Source: Sulfolobus ellipsoid virus 1 and six more viruses of crenarchaea. Taken from it: DNA of 23,219 bases. The notes beneath the pieces were generated by a model. The model did not search any database, was not told the origin of the DNA, and was given only the letters and a program-made list of their open reading frames with translations. The stretch covers positions 1 through 23,219 of IMG/VR virus record IMGVR_UViG_2974561068_000001. One strand, 5' to 3'. A program made the translations under genes and the position numbers. Each line of letters begins with the position of its first letter. The stretch's first letter is position 1. Of this stretch, positions 7,153 through 13,936 are shown piece after piece.

Positions 7153-7190
7153 GATAAAGATTTTTTACTTCAGTTAGATTATTTTTTATT

Positions 7191-7427
7191 ATGTATACTC
7201 AGACAGTATCAGAAGTTATCGGTACTTTTACGGGCATATTTTTAGGAGGGTACTTTACGGTATCTGTATTAAGTGGTGCTATTGCTTCTAGTATTGTTGA
7301 AATAATAATAGCCATTATCTTACTTTACCTATTTCCAAATCAAGGCTTTATGAACGGATTAGGAATTGGAATATTAGCGATAGGGGTTTTAAATCTGGTA
7401 GCTAAACAAACTGGGGTACAATTATGA
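7191..7427 (+). CDS. Three-TM Gly-rich membrane protein, 78 aa; paralog of 5547..5825
   Basis: Shared pattern SE.IG...GI..GGY / FP..GF.NG.G.G.L. Confidence 0.85.
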   Translation: MYTQTVSEVIGTFTGIFLGGYFTVSVLSGAIASSIVEIIIAIILLYLFPNQGFMNGLGIGILAIGVLNLVAKQTGVQL

Positions 7428-7846
7428 AAGAAAATATAGGAGATTTAGCTTTATGTTTATTTAAAGTAGCTAAAGATGAGGGGATAATAGTAGATCCCCA
7501 TACTTTTCAAAAAGTCTTTTTCTTAATCCAAACAGAAGATAAGGTAGATTTAGGCTTAAAGTTTGAACCGTGGTACCTTACTCCTATGTCTTATGAATTG
7601 GTTATAGTTTTGGCAGAGATGATTAAAAGGGGTATAATTGAGAGAAAATTTTTAGAGTTACCAGATCCAGTAAATAGGGCTATAAAATGGGATATACCTC
7701 ATTATGAATTGGCTATAGATTATACTGAGTCATGTAGTTTAGAAGATAAATTTAGGAAATGGTTGAAGATGGATACAGTTGAACTATTACGTTATATAGA
7801 GAAAAAGTACCCAGATTATATATTAAGTCTAGATTCTCTCGCATAA
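7424..7846 (+). CDS. Panacea/DUF4065/YwgA-like winged-helix protein, 140 aa
   Basis: FQKVFFLIQ...FEPWYLTPMSYEL...EMIKRGII resembles the family consensus LQKL.(Y/F)L.Q...F..W.YGP.S.EL...L...G.I; ATGA-coupled to 7191..7427. Confidence 0.6.
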   Translation: MKENIGDLALCLFKVAKDEGIIVDPHTFQKVFFLIQTEDKVDLGLKFEPWYLTPMSYELVIVLAEMIKRGIIERKFLELPDPVNRAIKWDIPHYELAIDYTESCSLEDKFRKWLKMDTVELLRYIEKKYPDYILSLDSLA

Positions 7847-7895
7847 GTTATTTTTACTATGAAATTTTATAACTCTTGAGATTAATCGTATCTTA

Positions 7896-8018
7896 ATGAG
7901 TGTTAGCCTATCAAATATAGGGAGTTCTATAAGTAATTTCTTTAGCGAAATTGTTAACAATCCAGCGTATCTATTGGCTTTTGGCATATTTATCGTATTC
8001 TTAATATTGATAATATAG
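7896..8018 (+). CDS. Membrane micropeptide, 40 aa, absent from the track (MSVSLSNIGSSISNFFSEIVNNPAYLLAFGIFIVFLILII)
   Basis: Hand translation; GAAA-TTTTATAA promoter about 27 nt upstream (leaderless); its stop is followed by SD AGGTGA for GTG 8029. Confidence 0.75.
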   Translation: MSVSLSNIGSSISNFFSEIVNNPAYLLAFGIFIVFLILII

Positions 8019-8028
8019 GTGATAAGAA

Positions 8029-9618
8029 GTGATTAGTCCAGACGGTTATCTGGAATTACTTATACCCACAGCTTACGAAAAGAACTTTAGGTTATTATTA
8101 AGAGATTTTCCATCTACATCTGTTCAATTAGGAAATGCCTATATATGGAATGCTTTCTTTCAGAGGTTTACAGACTATGGTAACTTACATCAGACTATAG
8201 TATCAAATGCTCAAGATATAGGTCCTTACGATAAGATGATTTTAGAACAGAACCCTTATTATACTAATGAGAACATAAGACAGAGCATATTAAAGGTCAT
8301 AAGGAAAACTTTCATAACTAACGTTTATTACTATACTTTAGCACTTTTTACAAATGGGTATATTATAGCTAATACTAATCAAGGGGCTTATTCTTTAGGT
8401 TTGTCTGGTTTACCTCAGTTCTATATCGTTTTTGATGGTATAGTACCTTTCTCTATCCAATTTATAATACCAATTCAGGTTACGAAAAACCCATTAAATG
8501 GAAACCTATGGAATTATTCAGCAGTGGGAGAAATAGCCTTATCATCTAATAATCCAAATGATCCCCACTGTTATCTTTTAAAATATCCATATACTACTCC
8601 AGAAAGCGTATCCTGTACTCTATCACAATCAACAGTTACTACTGAATCTGGCTCTTCTGTTAACGCAGTATTTTATCAGTCTGGAAGTACTTTACAGAAT
8701 ACTTATTCTGGAGACTGGATTTTAGACGCTATAGCCACATGGTTTAATTTAACCTCTTATGTGCCAAACGGTAATACCTCAGTAACTGTTAGTAATTTGG
8801 TATTACCCAATGGTAGTACTTATAGTCCATCATCATCTTATAACCCTTCTATTTACGTTTTGCAAACTTATTTACCATTAATTTATCCCACAACTAACGC
8901 TTTACCCTCTAACTTATACGGAGTAGTAAGGGCTCATTTAATCTTTACTAGATTTATCTCATTAAACCAGACTGTAATTAATAATGCAGGAAATGCTATT
9001 TCTTATTTTGGTAATATAGCTAATCCTAGACCTATAGATGTTAATATTCATGGTAATCCAAATACTGGCGTAAATGTTACAGTAGTAAGAGCAGGAGGTG
9101 AATCAGAGACTATTACATGTAATAAGTTATGGCTTAATGACCATTTTCTAATAATAACGCCTTTAGGGGCTATAACTAAGGGAGGTTTCTGTATTGATAT
9201 TAATAATACGCCACATATAATAGATACATCATCTTACTTATTCTCATCTAACACATTTGTACACACTTACTTATATGCCTCTTATTCAATGAATGGCTAT
9301 AACTATATTACTTATCAACCACTAAGTAATAGTGTGCTTAAATCAACTTTAAACGCCCCTAACGTATATGTTCCCACAGTAGGAAAGATAAAGAACGGAA
9401 ACGTATCTAAAGTTGTGGTATCTCAAAATGGTACATATATAGATCATGCAGTAGCGTTATCAGATGTTAATCTATATAATGAGTTTCACAATTCTTACGA
9501 TGCACAGAATACCACTCCTATAATAGGAGTAGGAGAGATAAGTGCAGGAGGGGCGATAGGATCCTTATCAGCTCTCCTAAGTATGTTAATATTTGGAATA
9601 GTTACCACGGTGAAATGA
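8029..9618 (+). CDS. Large S/T/N/Y-rich virion surface protein with C-terminal anchor, 529 aa
   Basis: GTG start with SD AGGTGA; beta-rich composition; C-terminal hydrophobic AIGSLSALLSMLIFGIVTTVK; no N-terminal signal peptide visible. Confidence 0.85.
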   Translation: MISPDGYLELLIPTAYEKNFRLLLRDFPSTSVQLGNAYIWNAFFQRFTDYGNLHQTIVSNAQDIGPYDKMILEQNPYYTNENIRQSILKVIRKTFITNVYYYTLALFTNGYIIANTNQGAYSLGLSGLPQFYIVFDGIVPFSIQFIIPIQVTKNPLNGNLWNYSAVGEIALSSNNPNDPHCYLLKYPYTTPESVSCTLSQSTVTTESGSSVNAVFYQSGSTLQNTYSGDWILDAIATWFNLTSYVPNGNTSVTVSNLVLPNGSTYSPSSSYNPSIYVLQTYLPLIYPTTNALPSNLYGVVRAHLIFTRFISLNQTVINNAGNAISYFGNIANPRPIDVNIHGNPNTGVNVTVVRAGGESETITCNKLWLNDHFLIITPLGAITKGGFCIDINNTPHIIDTSSYLFSSNTFVHTYLYASYSMNGYNYITYQPLSNSVLKSTLNAPNVYVPTVGKIKNGNVSKVVVSQNGTYIDHAVALSDVNLYNEFHNSYDAQNTTPIIGVGEISAGGAIGSLSALLSMLIFGIVTTVK

Positions 9619-9619
9619 G

Positions 9620-11659
9620 ATGACAGTAGTAGGTCAGTCTGGAGGATGGATAGCCTCCAATTCTGGACAGATAACTCCTAATTGTAGCGTAAATCCAGCG
9701 TCTTCTCCGTGCTCTAGTACAGTAAATAAAATGACTTATGGAATACCATCGGGTCAGTGCGGAGAACTATTTACCAGTGTACCGACTCTATATTATTCAT
9801 CTTGTGGATCTACACCTATGACATGGGTAGTTACTAATCCACAAAATCAATCATTTGCTTTTCAAGTGTTAGTATCATCTTCAGACCCTAACTTTATTGT
9901 AGTAATTATATATAACCCTAATGGCGTTAATACAGCAGATCCAAATTCATTAAATCTAATAGCCTCTATTGTAGCGACTTTTGCTAACGTATCTCAAGGT
10001 TATATTAAGGGAATAATTAATCCTAATGAATTAGGCACAAGTGTTAACCAGTGGATAAACCTTACTGTTGAAAACTCTAATCCAGACGGAAACTATCAAG
10101 ATGCCCCTATCCAGTGTAGTAAACAAACCAGTACAGCAGGTATTAATTATATCGTATGCCAGAGTAATATACAGTCTATGGCACCTAACTCTAATTATGT
10201 AGTAGCAGTATTCGATGATAATGGTAATCCAGTAGACTACGGTATGTACGCTCAAGTTTTCGTATGTAATCAACCTTATAGCCAATTACAACTATCTAAT
10301 CCAGCGACAGCAATAGAGGGATGCTATGTATATACTGAATGGTCTACTCAGTCTGGAATAATTGATATACCGATACCCTCTTATATCACTGGTGGATATT
10401 TCGGAGCTAACGTATATATAGAGGATAATAACGATTTCGATAGTGTAAATGCAGGCTTTTGGGTATCAATAAGTACTAGTGCACCTTTATACTCTTATAA
10501 TGTAAATGATATCTATAACGCGTTATCTAAATTAGTAGGTTCATCTCAAGCTAACACAGCTAAACAGTCACAGAGTAATCAGAAATCAACATCTGACCCA
10601 TCAACTCTAAAGAACCCACCGACTTTATCTATCCCAATATTAGCAATACAACACACTCCTTTATTAATAACGCAAAACGATAGAACTATACCAATTAATG
10701 TAGGAGAGTTAGCTAAAGGATATGTTGAGATGCCTATAGATATTAAAACTCCAGTTAGCGTAGTTACTAGAATAGGTTCAGTAGGTAACATAAGTGTATT
10801 ACCAATAAATGCCTCTGGGTTATTATCAACTAAATCAAGTTATGGTTACGTGGGAATAAGCAATAGACCTTATACTCCGTTACCTGTATTATTACCACAT
10901 TACTCTAAAGGATTATCAGTCCCTAAAATTTCACCATCTAATGTAATAACGAAAATGCCAGTAGCTAACATAAGACAAGGGGCTATAAGTGCACCGACAC
11001 AATATTCTCAGAGTGTAACTTATCAGAATAATGCAGGGATCCCACCTATATCTACTAGTAATTACGTAGTAACTACTACTAGTGTTAATACGAAATATAA
11101 TACTGGATATACTACGGGCTCATTATATATTACTGGACCTTCAGTTCAATCATCTGGGTATTTAAGTTATAGTCCACCTTCTACTTCTGGATTCGGAGGA
11201 CAGACTTACATCTTACCACAGAATGGATCTATAATAATTAATAACAGTGGTCAGGATATCGATGTTGAGACTACTCGCCAGAATTTTGATGATATAGTAA
11301 ATAACGGAGTGGTTACTAGACCAATAGGAGTAGTTGAACAATCTCAACCTGTATCATCTGGTTCATTAACCTTTACTTATTCTAGACCAGTAAGTATTAC
11401 TATGGGAGCAGACCCTACTACAGTAACTATAAGTAAAAGAGGAAATAACGTAATATTCGTAAATTCTGGACAGAAATCAGTACAGTTATATGCTTCTAAT
11501 GGTAACCCCGTAAGTTATAATGTAAATTATCCAGAAGTTTACGTAGTTCATACTAAAGGATTAGGAGCATCATTAACTACAGCAATAATAGAGGGATTAA
11601 AGACTAATCCAGCCAGTTCAGCTTTCTTAGTGTTACCTTTCCTACTGTTCTTAATATAA
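9620..11659 (+). CDS. Large S/T/N-rich virion surface protein with C-terminal anchor, 679 aa
   Basis: Cys-containing N-terminal beta domain, Q/S/T linker, terminal SAFLVLPFLLFLI; no N-terminal signal peptide visible. Confidence 0.85.
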   Translation: MTVVGQSGGWIASNSGQITPNCSVNPASSPCSSTVNKMTYGIPSGQCGELFTSVPTLYYSSCGSTPMTWVVTNPQNQSFAFQVLVSSSDPNFIVVIIYNPNGVNTADPNSLNLIASIVATFANVSQGYIKGIINPNELGTSVNQWINLTVENSNPDGNYQDAPIQCSKQTSTAGINYIVCQSNIQSMAPNSNYVVAVFDDNGNPVDYGMYAQVFVCNQPYSQLQLSNPATAIEGCYVYTEWSTQSGIIDIPIPSYITGGYFGANVYIEDNNDFDSVNAGFWVSISTSAPLYSYNVNDIYNALSKLVGSSQANTAKQSQSNQKSTSDPSTLKNPPTLSIPILAIQHTPLLITQNDRTIPINVGELAKGYVEMPIDIKTPVSVVTRIGSVGNISVLPINASGLLSTKSSYGYVGISNRPYTPLPVLLPHYSKGLSVPKISPSNVITKMPVANIRQGAISAPTQYSQSVTYQNNAGIPPISTSNYVVTTTSVNTKYNTGYTTGSLYITGPSVQSSGYLSYSPPSTSGFGGQTYILPQNGSIIINNSGQDIDVETTRQNFDDIVNNGVVTRPIGVVEQSQPVSSGSLTFTYSRPVSITMGADPTTVTISKRGNNVIFVNSGQKSVQLYASNGNPVSYNVNYPEVYVVHTKGLGASLTTAIIEGLKTNPASSAFLVLPFLLFLI

Positions 11660-11667
11660 GGTAAACC

Positions 11668-11674
11668 TTTTTTT
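11668..11674 (+). terminator. Oligo-T terminator candidate
   Basis: T7 shortly after stop 11659. Confidence 0.45.
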
Positions 11675-11695
11675 CCTATTCTCTAACTATTTCTT

Positions 11696-11812
11696 ATGAA
11701 TCATTTAAAATACATAAATGAAAAGACTATCCTAGAGTTTAGGTTATATCACATGGATAGAAAAGTTATTGAAACGCTTAAAAACTTAGGAGAATTATCA
11801 GTTAGGCGATAA
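11696..11812 (+). CDS. Possible small protein, 38 aa, absent from the track (MNHLKYINEKTILEFRLYHMDRKVIETLKNLGELSVRR)
   Basis: Hand translation; fills the gap. The downstream GT has an SD-like AGGCGA, suggesting an upstream cistron. No clear TATA box. Confidence 0.45.
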   Translation: MNHLKYINEKTILEFRLYHMDRKVIETLKNLGELSVRR

Positions 11813-11815
11813 GAG

Positions 11816-12661
11816 ATGTGGGTAGCTTTTGGGGCTAAATCAACTAGTAAAGTAGCTAAGGACCTTAACGAAAAGGTACCGACTAAAAAATTAGCATATA
11901 TGGGTCCTTTTAACCCTAACATTTGGAAAAATTATGACGCAATTTATGGCGTAGTTGAGTGGGTATTAGAAGAGGATGAGATATTATTTCTGAATAACTT
12001 AGCTAAAAAGATACCTATTATATTCGCATCTTATTATGCCAGATTTTTAGCCAGATGTTACCCGTGTACAGTTGTTCATCATGAGGTGGCTAATGATTTT
12101 CTAATGGCTAAAGCTAACGAAAAGTTCAGTGATTACGATTCCTTTACTATTTTCTTTTATATGGAAAGGAAAAATCCAGATATATTAGAGAAATTAATTA
12201 GGCACCCTAAGTTTAAGAGAAAACTACTTATCGTGTCTAACAACTGTACTAAACTTAATACGCATAATAGCAAATGTATTAACTCTTTTGGAAACCTAGT
12301 TGAATCTGACGTAAAAGCATTAATGTTAAATAAAACCTTTATTTGGGTCTCTGGAAATGAGGGGTTTGGTTTACCACCATTAGAAGCTTCTAGTGTGGGT
12401 AGCCCAGTAGCAGGGTATAGAGTAATGCCATTATCTGAGTGGTATCCATTTCCTAATAAACTATATGGTAAGATTTCGTTTAAAGAGGTAAGAATGGGAG
12501 GTGTATTAAATCCGACAGCAAAACCAGATGATCTAGATGATTTTGTAGAATACGTAAACAGTATAGAGAGAAAGCAGGATAAGGACCTTAGGGATTACGT
12601 TTTAGAAAACTATACAAACAGAAAGCAATATTATAAAATAGATGAGATAGTTAATAGGTGA
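11816..12661 (+). CDS. GT-B fold glycosyltransferase (GT4-like), 281 aa
   Basis: SGNEGFGLPPLEASSVGSPV matches the GT4 EGFG.P..EA..G.PV signature. Confidence 0.9.
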   Translation: MWVAFGAKSTSKVAKDLNEKVPTKKLAYMGPFNPNIWKNYDAIYGVVEWVLEEDEILFLNNLAKKIPIIFASYYARFLARCYPCTVVHHEVANDFLMAKANEKFSDYDSFTIFFYMERKNPDILEKLIRHPKFKRKLLIVSNNCTKLNTHNSKCINSFGNLVESDVKALMLNKTFIWVSGNEGFGLPPLEASSVGSPVAGYRVMPLSEWYPFPNKLYGKISFKEVRMGGVLNPTAKPDDLDDFVEYVNSIERKQDKDLRDYVLENYTNRKQYYKIDEIVNR

Positions 12662-12903
12662 AAGATATGAATAAACCCACACCACAACCTCAGTTAAACC
12701 CGAGACAGAGTAAGCTTTTAACAATATTAAATCAAGCACTAAACATTAAAGTATATACTAAAGACGGGAGTATTGAATGTAACGCAATATTATATGAGCA
12801 ACCTATGGGATTTGTTTTATGTTTAACTCACGAAAACGTTATAGGGATAAAGAGAGAAGACGTAATAAGAGTAGAATGGAATGTTTTAGATGATGAGAAA
12901 TGA
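12658..12903 (+). CDS. Small beta-barrel (Sm/SH3-like) protein, 81 aa
   Basis: IKVYTKDG...GFVL...IGIKREDVIRVE strand pattern; GTGA overlap with the GT stop. The fold is an inference. Confidence 0.6.
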   Translation: MKDMNKPTPQPQLNPRQSKLLTILNQALNIKVYTKDGSIECNAILYEQPMGFVLCLTHENVIGIKREDVIRVEWNVLDDEK

Positions 12904-13106
12904 TGGGACAGACTGATAACGATTTCACAGATTTTCTAGTCAGAACAAATAAGACCACAATCACAGACTGTTACTTAGTGGGGAGTGACGGATTTTATAT
13001 TAAAACAGACTGTGTAAAGATTATTAAAGGAAATAAAAGTAGTGCATCAACCTTTTTTCTACCTTTATCTTTATCCGTATTAATGTTACTGGTGAGTATA
13101 ATATGA
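12900..13106 (+). CDS. Small protein with C-terminal TM, 68 aa
   Basis: ATGA-coupled on both sides; ends TFFLPLSLSVLMLLVSII. Confidence 0.75.
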   Translation: MMGQTDNDFTDFLVRTNKTTITDCYLVGSDGFYIKTDCVKIIKGNKSSASTFFLPLSLSVLMLLVSII

Positions 13107-13357
13107 GCATTATCTCAGATGCCTCTTCTGTAGCCACAATAGTTTTTTACATATTTTTCTTTTTATCTATAACTTTCAAACCAGTTAAGAAATGGTTACT
13201 CCGCGTTCTAATTTTAGATACTCTTAGAGATTTCTTAGCAGACGGAGACCAAACAATAAAAGAAATAAGATCACTTTACTATTTACTTAAGATAGCCTTA
13301 GAACATAAAGACGTAATGAAAAAAGAAGAATTTCACGTTATAGAAAAAGATGACTAA
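13103..13357 (+). CDS. N-terminal TM plus helical protein, 84 aa; probable virus-associated pyramid (egress) protein
   Basis: TM VATIVFYIFFFLSITF followed by amphipathic helices and a charged tail, the architecture of PVAP/SIFV gp43-type proteins. I recall an 84-aa SEV1 ORF described as the six-sided pyramid protein (unverified recall). Confidence 0.7.
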   Translation: MSIISDASSVATIVFYIFFFLSITFKPVKKWLLRVLILDTLRDFLADGDQTIKEIRSLYYLLKIALEHKDVMKKEEFHVIEKDD

Positions 13358-13611
13358 TCATTTTTCTTAGCCATCTTTATCGCGTTATCTATTTTATCTT
13401 TATTCTCATTAAGTACCTCTTTAATACCCCCTTCGATATCATTAAGCAATGATAACCTCGATAGAACAAATTGGTAACACTCATCATTTTCACATGTAAT
13501 CCTTAATTCTATCACCTTACTTTTCTTATGTCCTATAACATCTATCTTATTTATGCCTCTCTGTTTTAGTTCACTTAAAATATAATTTGCTATGACAGAT
13601 GGATCTATCAT
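13354..13611 (-). CDS. Hypothetical protein, 85 aa
   Basis: Leaderless from the shared TTATAA at 13636-13641; its stop overlaps that of 13103..13357. Confidence 0.8.
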   Translation of the reverse strand: MIDPSVIANYILSELKQRGINKIDVIGHKKSKVIELRITCENDECYQFVLSRLSLLNDIEGGIKEVLNENKDKIDNAIKMAKKND

Positions 13612-13635
13612 TACTTTAACAATATTACCTAATGC

Positions 13636-13643
13636 TTATAAAT
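13636..13643. promoter_or_regulatory. Single palindromic TATA box centred between divergent leaderless genes
   Basis: TTATAA at 13636-13641 is 25-30 nt from ATG 13611 (-) and 23-28 nt from ATG 13664 (+). Confidence 0.65.
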
Positions 13644-13663
13644 CTATACGCAAAATTTTTATT

Positions 13664-13909
13664 ATGAAAAAAGAAATCCTCCTAAACCTATGTGCGATAT
13701 TAGATAACAAAAGGGTAACCACGATAGGAGAGTTAAGTTACATGACTGGTATTTATACGCAAAAGCTTTTTTACTACGTTAAAACCCTTCAGAAATACGG
13801 AATTGTAGAGTTAAAAAAAGAGAGAATAACTACGATAGTAATGTTGAAAGATTACGAATACTGTCAGCGATTATTTCAAATACCAGACAGTTTTACAGTA
13901 TCCTTTTAA
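13664..13909 (+). CDS. Winged helix-turn-helix transcription regulator, 81 aa
   Basis: TIGELSYMTGIYTQKLFYYVKTLQKYGIVEL is a typical wHTH. ATG 13664 preferred to track 13592, which would overlap the divergent gene. Confidence 0.8.
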   Translation: MKKEILLNLCAILDNKRVTTIGELSYMTGIYTQKLFYYVKTLQKYGIVELKKERITTIVMLKDYEYCQRLFQIPDSFTVSF

Positions 13910-13936
13910 TAATAGCTTTTTCTTAAGATAAAATTA

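Noticed and set aside
10031-10791. Minus-strand ORFs 10031..10285 and 10579..10791
   Set aside because: Entirely antisense to the 679-aa gene, with no promoter, SD or protein-like features; shadow ORFs.
8029-11659. Paralogy between the 529- and 679-aa proteins, or with the 814/641 pair
   Set aside because: Only compositional similarity and a C-terminal anchor; no collinear motifs found by eye.
11696-12661. Stop-codon read-through fusing the in-frame 38-aa ORF to the glycosyltransferase
   Set aside because: Same frame and only TAA-GAG apart, but the GT already starts with a plausible first beta-strand/helix and has its own SD-like site; UAA read-through is unlikely.
13592-13663. Track N-terminal extensions (13592, also 709, 995, 2775, 3211, 5998, 19654, 20007)
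   Set aside because: They overlap neighbouring genes or promoters, or the GTG is part of the SD; downstream starts fit TATA/SD spacing better.
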